64,000 bases of DNA, taken from the NCBI RefSeq assembly GCF_009914755.1, contig NC_060935.1; one strand, given 5' to 3'. This DNA comes from the human T2T-CHM13v2.0 reference genome, Homo sapiens. The translations under genes were made by a program, and so were the position numbers. Positions 1-10,318 of the stretch are shown here, one piece after another (positions within the stretch are counted from its first letter, which is position 1; each line of letters begins with the position of its first letter). The notes below the pieces were generated by a model. That model did no database searches, was not told where the DNA came from, and was given only the letters and a program-made list of their open reading frames with translations.

Positions 1-169
1 GGTCCAAAGGGACCTTTTTTAGATAAAAAAGCAGTTCTGGTTTTGAAATATTCACAATCTGTCAAAAAGATATTGAAATACCAGTTGGCCCTCATTATTC
101 TACTACAAAAGTTATTTACTTATTTAATATCTAACTATCTAAATAACCCCTTATTTATCTAATTACTAT

Positions 170-355
170 CCACGTGGGCTCATGGATTCCTTTTTGTTTC
201 AATTGTTCATAATGTATTTCTGAGCTTAAGTTTCTTTGGTGCTGAAATTGTCTCTGGTTTGGCTAGTGAGAGCCCCTTCAAACTGGCTCCTGTTTCCTTG
301 TTATATGCTCCCTCTTCCCATTTTCTGAGCACTTCCTTGGTTTCTGTTGTAACAA
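170..355 (-). mobile_element. Old L1 (L1MC4/5-like) 3' UTR fragment
   Basis: 'ggtttggctagtgagagccccttcaaactggctcctgt...gagcacttccttg' resembles the L1MC 3' end in antisense. Confidence 0.6.
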
Positions 356-581
356 ATCCAACCATTTATTTAAAGTCTAATATGTCATTTTTTTCTACGG
401 CAACCTCCAACACTAACTTTGCCCCAAAGATGGTTTTATTTTTCTGTACATTTGCGTACAAATTATACTCAATTCTCTAATTCTTTCTTATACTTGAAAT
501 TGATTTCTAGTTGTTTTATATATTTTGTTTATCTCTTCAATAATTTGTATTGCAAAACCAAGGCCTGATTTTTATAATTTA

Positions 582-707
582 TTTATTTATTTATTTTAGT
601 GTATATATAGTTTTTTCGTTATACTTTAAGTTCTAGGGTACATGTGCACAATGTGCAGGTTTGTTACATATGTATACATGTACCATGTTGGTGTGCTGCA
701 CCCATTA
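582..707 (-). mobile_element. Severely 5'-truncated L1PA 3' end with TSD
   Basis: 'ttatactttaagttctagggtacatgtgcacaatgtgcagg...ctgcacccatta'; T-rich tail; TSD ttttataattta at 570-581 and 711-722. Confidence 0.9.
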
Positions 708-864
708 GAGTTTTATAATTTAAAAATCAGATTGCCCTTGGGACCTTGAACTGTAAAATAATGCTATTTTTATGAATAAATGGATGGATGAATGAAGCAA
801 ATTGTCTCCCTAGAAAATATTTTTAATTTACATTTTTCAATTTATATGTTTATTGGAAACTTAC

Positions 865-887
865 CTAAATGTTGGAGGATAATTAAA
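865..887 (-). pseudogene. Candidate 23-nt exon of minus-strand decayed gene
   Basis: Minus strand: tttcctctgctttctcttcctag|TTTAATTATCCTCCAACATTTAG|gtaagt; near-ideal acceptor and donor. Confidence 0.6.
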
Positions 888-999
888 CTAGGAAGAGAAA
901 GCAGAGGAAATTGGGTGTCCCCATGCTAATAATATAGAAAAAAAAAAAAAAAACAAAAGGTCAATGACCTCCTAAATTACATTCAGTGAACTCAGTTAC

Positions 1000-1310
1000 C
1001 CAACTGGCTGGCTGATACTCTTTTTGTTCATAACTTAAGGCTGTTTTATTGTGTTATATTTTAACAGGAGTTGGTGTCCATTTTTTGAGATGATGTAGTT
1101 GGTATTTATATTGGTAAGAGTTATCTTTGTTGTTAGCAAAATTCATGTCTTGGGTAGATTAAATGATTTAAAAAGTTACTGATTGTCTTGTTATAGGATT
1201 TTGTGATAAGGACCCAATTTATTGTCAGGAGATGAATTGTAGGGGCCTACATTCCTTGATGTTGTTGAGCTGATCCTGTTGTGTCTGCTTCTGTGGGTTG
1301 GTCGCTGAAC
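1000..1310 (-). pseudogene. Candidate exon (acceptor at 1310; donor after 1251 or after 1000)
   Basis: ctcatctcatctctgtag|GTTCAGCGACC...; donor AAT|gtaggc (60-nt form, open in all frames) or TGG|gtaact (311-nt form, multiple stops). Confidence 0.45.
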
Positions 1311-1480
1311 CTACAGAGATGAGATGAGTGATGCCTGTGAGTGTGATTTCTTTGCTTCTTGCTCCACTTCGATAGGATGAATAGATTTATTCCAGTCATA
1401 AATTCAGCAAAACCTCCTAATCTGAGCTAGTATAGTGAGATCTAGTGAATACCAGAGAATATTTATGTAATATAATAAAT

Positions 1481-1837
1481 TTTCCTCCTTCCTTCCTTCC
1501 TTCCTTCTTCTCTTTCTTTCTCTCTCTCTCTCCTTTTCTTTTTTCTTTTCTTTTCTTTTTTCTCGCTTTTGCTGTGTTGTCCAGGCTGGAGTATAGTGAC
1601 ATAATCATGGCTCACTTCTGCTTTAACCCCTCTGGCTCAAGCAATCCTCCTGCCTCAGCCTTCAGAATGGCTGGTACTACAGGTGTGCACCACACACCAG
1701 CTAATTTATTTATATTTTTTGTAGGGAGGGATCTCCCTATATTGCCTAGGCTGGTTTTGAACTCCTGGGCTCAAGCAATTTTCCCTCCTCGGCCTCCTGA
1801 AGTGCAGGGATTACAGGCATGGGCCTCCATGTTGGCC
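1481..1837 (-). mobile_element. AluJ with (TTCC)n/(CTTTT)n-converted tail
   Basis: Antisense Alu with J-type 'gggctcaagcaat' motif; diverged. Confidence 0.9.
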
Positions 1838-2013
1838 TTTAAGAGTAATATTGTAACTGCTTTTCAGGATATGTTTGTTGTGTTAAAAGCCCTTGGAGAC
1901 TTGATTATCTAAAATAATTAGCCTATTAACCATTTGTTTTTAATTAGATGAGTTTTTTCAGACTCAGGTAAGGCTTGGGCTGTATGGAAATCATGGAGTC
2001 AGACCTGCTCACC

Positions 2014-2125
2014 TTACAGATGAGGAGATTCAGATGCAGAGAAGTCCATGAGAGCTAGCTAGTGGCAGAGTTAGTAAAAGAATCAACTCTTTGACTCTTC
2101 GTTGAATGTTCGGCACATTACACCT
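2014..2125 (-). mobile_element. MIR fragment
   Basis: 'ttacagatgaggagattcag...agctagtggcagag' MIR core. Confidence 0.6.
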
Positions 2126-2525
2126 GAGAACATAGCTAATGGTTCGGCTTATTAAAATCACTCATCTCACCATTTGCTTAGTAAACCTTTATAATTGAGG
2201 AAGCATGGAAACTTCAGCCCACTGTGAGAATTACCCTTAATTCCAAATATCTGAAGTCTAATTTGTGTGTTTTTACTGTAGTTATTACTAAGCCATCAGA
2301 AGTTTCAGGCAGTCTTGCTGGGTACTAAATGAATTAACTAGATATAGATCCTGCACTATAGAAATGTCTGCATTCCATAAAAGGCATTCAGATTAATTCA
2401 TAATCTGTTTAGCCGTATTGCTACATCACAATAAACATTGCTATTAGCAGCAGCAGCATCTCTGTGCTGAATGTCATGCCATGTTATCGTAATTACTGCT
2501 TCTGTGCTCAGCTATCCCACAGCAA

Positions 2526-2980
2526 TTTCATTCATTCAACAAATATTTGAGATTTGTGCCAGACCCTGTGCTTACATCTGGGGATACAAGATAACTTGGA
2601 AGAATTAATTACACCCCTTTCTGAGCTTGGTAGACAATTGAAAATGAAAACCATTAAAGTGAGAAGTTATTATAGAGGAAGAATATGAAACCATGAGAAC
2701 ATATGAGAGGAGAACCTAACGGTTCTGGAAAGTGATGCTTAAGTTGAGACCTGAAAGATAACTAGGAGTTATCCAGATGAAGAGACAGGGAAAAACCACT
2801 CTAGGCACAGAGAACAGTGTGGGAAAATTGGAAGAAGAGAGCCAAGAAAGAACAGTAATGGCTGGAACATGGTCAGGAGAGATAAGGGAGATGACACTGA
2901 AGAACTGGCAGAGGGCCTCAATCCCAGATTCCAGAGGGCCTTGAAGGCCACATGAAGAAGTTCTGACTTCATCCTAAGTC
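2526..2980 (-). mobile_element. L2 3' region
   Basis: Begins 'ttcattcattcaacaaatatttgag'; 'gggccttgaaggccacatgaagaag' typical of antisense L2. Confidence 0.75.
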
Positions 2981-2983
2981 TCT

Positions 2984-3100
2984 GCTAGACTGTAAACTCT
3001 TAAGGGAAAGGCTATTATTTTCCATCTTTGTGTACTGAGTGTCCAACAGCATGCCAGACACAGACCAAGTGTGTAGTGAATCATTGAAAGCAGAATGAGT
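2984..3100 (+). mobile_element. L2 3' end fragment
   Basis: 'tagactgtaaactcttaaggga...gcatgccagacacag...gaatgagtga'. Confidence 0.6.
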
Positions 3101-3169
3101 GATACAGTTAATCATAAATCATTATCACCACCCTTCCTGGTTCCAGTCTCTGAAAGAAGGCAGGCTTAC

Positions 3170-3280
3170 TTTACACACGTTGTTATATTAGATTTAAGTG
3201 ATTTCTGTAGAGTAGGCCAGATAAATTTCTGAGATGTTCTAGAACTCTGTTCTTAGGATATCGTCTTCTTCAGTATATCC
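3170..3280 (-). pseudogene. Candidate 111-nt exon (phase 2-2)
   Basis: taacttcttgtacttttccctcag|GGATATACTG...GTGTAAA|gtaagc; DILKKTIS*EQSSRTSQKFIWPTLQKSLKSNITTCV (one stop). Confidence 0.6.
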
Positions 3281-3968
3281 CTGAGGGAAAAGTACAAGAA
3301 GTTAAAGTTAACTCACAGGTCGTTGGGAACATATCTGCCACCTATGAGTGTATGAAGTCTTTGTTGTTTGATCCTCATAACAGTTAAATTTTAGTTCTAG
3401 CAAATAAACAGTCAGAAGTGCTTCTTGTGTAAAGCATTTGTTGGCAACAGCCCTGCAACCCTTAGGTCATTCTTTACAGGGAAATTGTGACATTCTGAAG
3501 ACCATGGTTGTAGGGGACCCCATTGTTACAGCCCATTCTGACGCTTGCTAAGCAGTGTTCAAGGTGGCAAAATTCAGGCATAATGGTTTGGGGTCAGCCC
3601 GAAATCATTTGTTTTTTTTTTTTTTTTTTTTTTTTTTTGTAGGTCCGTTGGGGTTCAAGATGAAATTACCATGCTATTTGGAGACTTTGTAAATTCTTCC
3701 TTTTGTTCTGTTTTTAATCAGGGTAAAAATCTACAATTTCAGAAAACAGTTTTTTTGACAGTGATGAGTGCAATTGTGGTTGGTTTTGATAATTATATTT
3801 TATTATTAAATGAAGTATTTTACTGATTTCTGACCCTTCTCTTTAGGATAGGTGGTAGCAGACCTCCATTCAGTATTTATTGCCATGGAAACCAAATCTA
3901 GGCTAACTCATCTGCTTCAAAATGTTTATTGGTGTGTGGGTTTCTTGGTGAGGCATTTTGCCAGTTAC

Positions 3969-4067
3969 TGCAATCCCTTATGATCTCTTTCCATTAACAC
4001 TTGTGTGTGTGTATGTTTTGTGTGCCTCTTCACTTGAATTAGTTGGTACTTTGATCTGAATCTATTT
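3969..4067 (-). pseudogene. Candidate 99-nt exon (phase 2-2, open)
   Basis: actaatccatttagtactttcag|AAATAG...TTGCA|gtaact; NRFRSKYQLIQVKRHTKHTHTQVLMERDHKGL. Confidence 0.5.
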
Positions 4068-4497
4068 CTGAAAGTACTAAATGGATTAGTTCCAAGCAGG
4101 TCAGGCCCCTGTGGTCATGTTGCCTGCTGGAATTTGTGTGTATGTATAGCTACTGAAGAAATAATATGGGTGGAAACTGCTATTATTTCCTCCTGAGGTA
4201 TAAAATTTCAGATTTGGGCATCTTTCCCTAGAAAGCCTGCTCTGTTTCTCCTATTGTTTATCCTGGCTCTGTGTACTTGTATGCACAAGTGCATGTGTAT
4301 GTACATGCAGGGAAGTGTCTATAGATATTGGACTCTTTGTGTCCACTGATAATTCATGTGACTCAAGTTATATGAGTAATAAGTTCTTTGGTGAAGTGAA
4401 CATTACAGTTCTTCTTATGTCTTCTTGATTTAACAGAAGAAATGCATTATGAATTCATTTACATTCCATAAGATACTAAGATGCAAATCATGCTTAC

Positions 4498-4919
4498 AGT
4501 GTCCCAGCATTACTAAATTAGATGTTCCTATGAGCAAGTGAGAACTTATACTTCCAATGAAACTAGATATTATTGGAAAACACACAAAAAAACAAAGTGA
4601 GAAGCCATACTGCCTATAAATTTGTAGAAGCAACATCTAATATAATGTGGTGTAGAGGATTTCCAGCATTCTCCATATCAAACCTAATGTGTCCATCTAG
4701 CCCTGTGATCTGACTGGGGTGCTGCACATGGAGCCTGTTGCCAGTGACTCAATGTAGACTGACTACAGGATGATGGTTATTTCTACTGCAAGATGATGGC
4801 AACCAGGTATCATATGAGGTGTGCTGCAATGACAGGTGCCTCATAAATATAGTAGGAAGAAAATAGTGAAAGAATCTGATTCTGAACTTTGTTTTCTTCT
4901 TTGTTAGCAGTTTGTCCTT
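4498..4919 (-). pseudogene. Candidate 422-nt exon with broken IQ-like motifs
   Basis: ccctcttctttcag|AAGGAC...GGACACT|gtaagc; contains VAIILQ*K in one frame, DVASTNL*AVW and SNNI*FHWKY in another (TAG at the Q position). Confidence 0.55.
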
Positions 4920-4961
4920 CTGAAAGAAGAGGGTGGATGTGACTTTCTAGAATCTTCCCTT

Positions 4962-5491
4962 TGTGAAGGTTAATTTTATATGTTAACTTGATTGGGCCAT
5001 GGGATGCCCAGATACTTGGTTAAACATTGTTTCTGGGTGTGTCTGTAGGGGTGTTTATGGAAGAGATTAGCATTTAAATCTATAGACTGAGTCAAGCAGA
5101 TTGCCCTCCCCAATGTGGGTGGGCATTATCCAATCCATTGAGGGCCTGAATAGAACAAAAAGGCAGAGGAAGGGAGAATTTGTTCTCTTTCTGCCTGATC
5201 ACATAAGCTGGGATATTGGTCTTCTCTTGCCCTTGGCCTGGGACTTAGACCATTGACTTTTCTGGTTCTCAGGCCATCAGACTCAGAATGGAACTTAACG
5301 TCATTGATTTTTCCTGTATCTCTACCTTGCTGACTGAAGATTGTGGGACTTCTTGGTTTCCATAGTTACATGAACCAATTCCTTATACTCTCTCTCTCTC
5401 CTTCTATTTTTCCCTCTCTCCCTCTCTCCATGTATCTACACCTATCTCCATCCTATTGGTTCTGTTTCTCTGGAAAATCCTCACAAATACA
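4962..5491 (+). mobile_element. MLT2D-like solo LTR (ERVL)
   Basis: Starts tgtgaaggttaattttatatg, ends ...cacaaataca; 'ccaatccattgagggcctgaatagaacaaaaaggcagaggaaggg'. Confidence 0.9.
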
Positions 5492-5499
5492 TATTTCAA

Positions 5500-6420
5500 T
5501 CTCTTTTACTGCCTTCTTTCTCTGCTCTGGCCTATTTCTAGAGGGCCCTATCCAAGTCCTAAGTCAGAAAGTTAGCATTTCTTTCTCTTTAATTTTTCTT
5601 TCAGTAATAGGATCCATTCCCAAGGTTTCATCTCCCATCCCTCTCTAGCCTCCTTTTCTCTCCTAAGCTCTATCACCTCACTTTCAGCTTCTTGATGGAT
5701 GTGGCCCCTAGATATTTCTTTCTTCATAAACCAGGTCTTTGTTCATAAACCAGGTCAACTCCCTGTTCCAACTCCCCAGGTTCTTTAGAGTTGAGGGAAT
5801 TATCATTTTCTCAGTCAGTTGGATTTACACATTGGCCTCATTTGTGACTACTTTCCCTTTTTACTTTATCCAACCTACAGTTAATAAATTATTGATATCT
5901 TATTCCTTAATAATTCTTACATTCCATCCCCAATTATATAACCATAGTGTAGATCTTCATTATCTCTCATTCAGACTTTTGCCCTAGTTTAACAACCAAA
6001 CTTCCCAATTATCAGGCTCTTTTTCACTCAGCCCATCCTGCAAGTTGCTGACAAATTATTTGTCTTGAACCTTATCTCTGATTAGGCCACCTCCTTATTC
6101 AAGAATGCTTAATGGCTTCCCACTGCTTCTTATTAATAGCCAAACATCCATAACACACCATTCTTAGATTCATTACATCTTCCAGCTTTGTTCCTCGGTA
6201 CTACCCAAGGTGTTTACGCAACTAGAAAATTCTTGTATTTAAATATATTCTTGTGTCAAACTAGCAACTTCTCATTTGTTTGTTTCTGTATCTGTCTCAT
6301 TGATTAGACCATAAGTACCAAGGATAGGCATTGTGTCTGCTTTTGATCATTACCATATCCTCCTACCTAATACAGTGTCTACCACATAGCATAGTAGATA
6401 CATTTTAAATGAATGAATAT
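5500..6420 (+). mobile_element. L2 fragments
   Basis: 'caagaatgcttaatggcttcccactgc'; 3' end 'tacagtgtctaccacatag...aatgaatgaat'. Confidence 0.65.
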
Positions 6421-6784
6421 ATTATGTGATTTGCTGCCAGAGAACTTTGTGAATATACTTTTCACGCTTGAAATATCCATTACCATGACTGCTGATTGCA
6501 ATACTATTTATCCTTCAATGGCTGTCCAAATATTATCCCTTCTATTAATTGTTACCTAAACTATTTCCCTTCTCATCTTATGTGTGTTTCTGTTCTCTGC
6601 TTTCCAAATTGAGTGTGTTCTTCTCCTCCTTCTGGTTGCTCTGAAGCTCCTTTATGTCATTTAACATATAATGACATCATATATTGGATATTATATGTGT
6701 GTATATATACATATACATATATATAGTATATAATATATTGGATATGAGTTTATGCTCCAACTAGCAATGGACATTTTGTACTGA

Positions 6785-7500
6785 CTCTCTTTGGCCTCAT
6801 TTTGTAAATGATTTAGACAAAGAAGTAGAAAGCATATTTATTACATTTATAGATGGCATGAAGCTAGAAGAGTAGCCAATGCTTTGATATTTAAGAATGC
6901 CTAGGGGCAGGAAAAGTGAACTGAGTCTAACAAGATGAAAATAAAGAAAAATGTGCCTTATGCACAAAGGCCTTAAAATCAGCTATAGAACTATAGTATG
7001 GGAAGCATGCATATTAGTAAAAACTTAGTCTTGGCTGATAATTGGTTAAGTATGGGCAGAGTGATGTGGCTGCCAATAAGCTGAAACACTCTTGATCTTG
7101 GATATATTGCTAGAAGTAGACTCCAGAATGAAGGAGGTAATAATTCTCCTTCACCTTAGGCTGAACTGTCCACGCTCTGAGAAACGCTGGGACATGTTCA
7201 GTGGAGAAGGACTAGCAATTCGAAGGATCTAGAAACCATTCATTCATGTCTATATAAGTAATTAGAGATATTCTGCATGTATGAGGGGGTCATGATAGCT
7301 GCCTCTCGGATGTTATACCTTGTTTATTAAAGAAACAGTAGAAATTACAGGAGGCCTTTGAAGGATCACAAAAAGAAAGAACATTCTGCTGTCCAGAAGT
7401 ATCATAGGTAGAATTGATTTCCTCCAGAAAGTGAGTTTCCAGTCCCTGGAAAAGTCCAAGCCAAAGCTGAGTAATGCAGCTGAATAATTTCTAAAGTCCT
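6785..7500 (+). mobile_element. L3/CR1 LINE, RT and 3' remnant
   Basis: aatgatttagacaaagaagtagaaagc... reads NDLDKEVESIFITFIDGMKL, a decayed CR1 FADDTKL region. Confidence 0.7.
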
Positions 7501-8159
7501 TTATACCATATAGTCCCCAAATTCTGGATTTTCTTACATTTTCTTATTTGTTGTGAAATGAGGGGTAAATTGCTTCCATATTCTTTTATTCAAACATATA
7601 TCAGAGATTTTAAATATCCTCAGTGCTGTATTGTTTCAGATACTGGGGATACAATGATGAAGTAATTTTGAGTGGTGGAGGAAATAAATATAAATTATTA
7701 ATTATAACACAGTATGATAAGAGCTACAGTAGCACTAGTTATGAGATGCTATGGGAATATAAAAGAGGATCATACATACTTTCTTGGGTGAAATCTTCAC
7801 AATGGATTGACATTTGAACAGGCCCTTCGATGAACTGGAACACCCTTGGAGCATGGAAGATTTAAAAATTCTGGACCATGTGGTAAATTATTGTCAGTAG
7901 ACTTAGGTGAATATATACAAGGACAAATAAATGAATTGTCTTTTCTCATCTAGAGATTTTTTAATTAATAATTTCCTCTAATAAAAGAAATAAATGTTCA
8001 TTTTAGAAAATGCAGTAAATCAAATGTATAAAGATGAAAAAAATCTGTAATTCTGCCCCTAAGGGATAACTTCCATTAATATTCTGGTGCTGCATCAGAA
8101 AGTAGGGAGGCCTGGTGGGTAAAGTCATAGCTTTAAGAGAGTGAGGCAATGAGAAACAA

Positions 8160-8700
8160 GCAGAAATCTTCAGAGTAAGGAGTGGTCAGACAATTGAAGA
8201 AGTAGGGGTTAAACAGCCCAGAGGGAGAGAACAGAAAGTGCAAACACATGAAGCAGGAAAACTTGTTGTTTAAGGCGTAGGCAGGACATGAGTGTGGTGG
8301 GAATGTATGAGCCAAGGGAGAATTGTAAGGAGTTAGCCTGGGGAGTAGGCAGGAGACCAAACATGCAGAGGCCTGCGGGCCCTATGCATCATATTTGCAT
8401 TTCATTCCTAGTGTGTTGGGAAGCCACTGAAGGGTTTTAAGGCAGGAGCAGCATGATCTGGTTTGTGCTTCTGAAGGACTACTGTGGCTGCTGTGTGCAG
8501 AATGGACTGTGATGGTGTGTGGGGGCCGAGAGGAAGCAGTGACTGCTGACAAGGGCTATTACAGTAGTCCCTGCCAGAGCTGATGATAGATTGGACCAGA
8601 ATAGTGGAGGATGGAGAAACAGTTTGGACTTTAATTTTTTTAAGAGGCAGGATTAATAAGGACTTTGTAATTCCATACAGTGTGTGGTGAAAAAGTGACA
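8160..8700 (-). mobile_element. L2a-like fragment
   Basis: 'tgggaagccactgaagggttttaaggcaggagcagcatgatctggtttgtg'. Confidence 0.8.
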
Positions 8701-8772
8701 TAAAGTATATGTGACTATTTTATATCAGAAAACATTGTATCTGTTGATTATTTTTATATTTAGTGTAGTTAC

Positions 8773-8971
8773 CATAAAGTAAAATCCATGGAGTTCTCAT
8801 TACAGAATGTGGATTCAGTCATTCTTAACAGTTTGTTGTCTTAATATTTTTTCAGACAATCTTTCCAGATATTGTTATAAGCATATACTTGGCCCAGATG
8901 GGCTCTATCTGACATTTGAAATCAATATTCTTTTGCTTTGGCTGGGCAAAATAGGTAACCTGTACCTTCCT
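8773..8971 (-). pseudogene. Candidate 199-nt exon
   Basis: aagcttttacag|AGGAAG...TTTATG|gtaact; frames give KCQIEPIWAKY and YNNIWKDCLKK (IQ-like); stops in every frame. Confidence 0.5.
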
Positions 8972-9576
8972 CTGTAAAAGCTTATTTTAAAAATATTTTA
9001 ATTCCTATTAAATAAGTAATTATTTCTTTTATTATAGAAAACTTAAAAAATAATGGTGGGCAGAAAGAATATTAAAAAGATAACTGGCAATCCTATTTTC
9101 TAGATGTATACCTGTTAAAATTTTGTGGTAGAGTCTTTCAGACAAAGACAGATTTATATGGAACTAATGAAGCTTGTCTATAGGTCCCTTTCCAGGCCCT
9201 GATTGGGACTTATGTAATTTTGTATTCATCATTTTGTATTTTTTCCTAAAATGGCTTCTCTTCTTATTTTTTAAACTTTAGATTGTACAAAACCTGGATC
9301 CACCCTTATTTTTAGGTTCTTTATTTGCAGGGAAATTTCATTTTGTGACAAATAGAATCATACATCTCAAAATATTACCAGTGTCTTTCCATGCTGTTGA
9401 ATAGTCTATAATATGATTTTTATGGGATAGTATCTTTTGTCATATGCCTGCACCATAATGTATTTAATTAAGTGACCATTGTTGAGACATTCAGGCTAGA
9501 AAAATATTTTTTTCTATTGGAGTTTGATATTCATTAAATTCATGCTGTGGCTCTCTTCCTACAAAGTACAAATTAC

Positions 9577-9628
9577 CCAGCATGCTCTGGTCAAGAGTTT
9601 TGGAGTATTCTTTTCTACATGATAATTT
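9577..9628 (-). pseudogene. Candidate 52-nt exon
   Basis: ttttacttctactcctag|AAATTATC...GCTGG|gtaatt; two frames open. Confidence 0.55.
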
Positions 9629-10221
9629 CTAGGAGTAGAAGTAAAATACTGGGTGAATAATTTGTTTCCTCAATATTGTCTCTTCCTGTAGAACTGTGGT
9701 TTGGGTGGAGTTTGAGTTGACTCATTTAGTCAGAATCAATTCAATTTTCTTTAATATGCTAAATAATTAAAATAATTCTATCTGGTATGTTTATTTAAAA
9801 CTTTTTCAATTAATATTATCCTTATTAGAATTTTTAAATCAGTTTAAAATGTGATCCCTGGCTACTTCAGAAAGATAAAAATGCACTGAGCTTTTGCACA
9901 CAGTATTTTGAAAATGCTTATTAGGTATTAACTTGGAACAGCATGAAATCTTTATGAAGAAGCTAATAGTCTAATGAAAAAAAAAACTCTATGGAGATAA
10001 TTTGGGGAACCTAGAAAACAAAAGAAATGTGATTTTATCCCTAAGAGTGGACAATTATGCCCTGAATTTTTAACTAACAATGGAAATGCATTAGAAGGGT
10101 GAAGGAATTTGGTTTTCAGATAATAATGCAAACATGATCGGACATTATTGCCTGAAATAACTTAATACTAATAAATGTTAAGATAACAGTTTATGTGTGA
10201 ATGTTAAAAATTATTGCTCAC

Positions 10222-10318
10222 CATAGGGTTTTAGGTATTTTCTGGTTTGGGAGCTGTCTCTATGGTGCATCCTACTGTATTTTTACCATTGGTGTTGATG
10301 GTTATGTGTGTAGAGCAG
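10222..10318 (-). pseudogene. Candidate exon remnant, 5' side replaced by an old L1
   Basis: Donor CTATG|gtgagc; HITI/QHQW*KY IQ-like motif with a 1-nt frameshift. Confidence 0.4.

Noticed and set aside
1445-1912. 155-aa plus ORF
   Set aside because: Antisense AluJ and its pyrimidine tail
2235-2350. Possible further minus-strand exon (tgcag|...AAGG|gtaatt)
   Set aside because: Weak acceptor and stops in all frames; not enough support to list, though compatible with the pseudogene
3761-3833. GTGATGA...CTGA pair suggesting a C/D snoRNA
   Set aside because: No convincing terminal stem or recognisable rRNA guide; AT-rich interior
4611-4919. Resemblance to the glutamate receptor delta (GRID) amino-terminal domain: YIYE...SC-x7-WQ.../ITGLDGHIRFDMENAGNP
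   Set aside because: Needs a frameshift and three stops; no ligand-binding or pore motifs (e.g. WNGLVGEL, SYTANLAAF) appear in downstream exons; the IQ-motif reading fits the wider locus better. A blastx would settle it.
5723-5757. Short direct repeat ttcataaaccaggtc x2 (similar cases near 18854 and 51959)
   Set aside because: Ordinary slippage duplications; no spacer array or CRISPR-like structure
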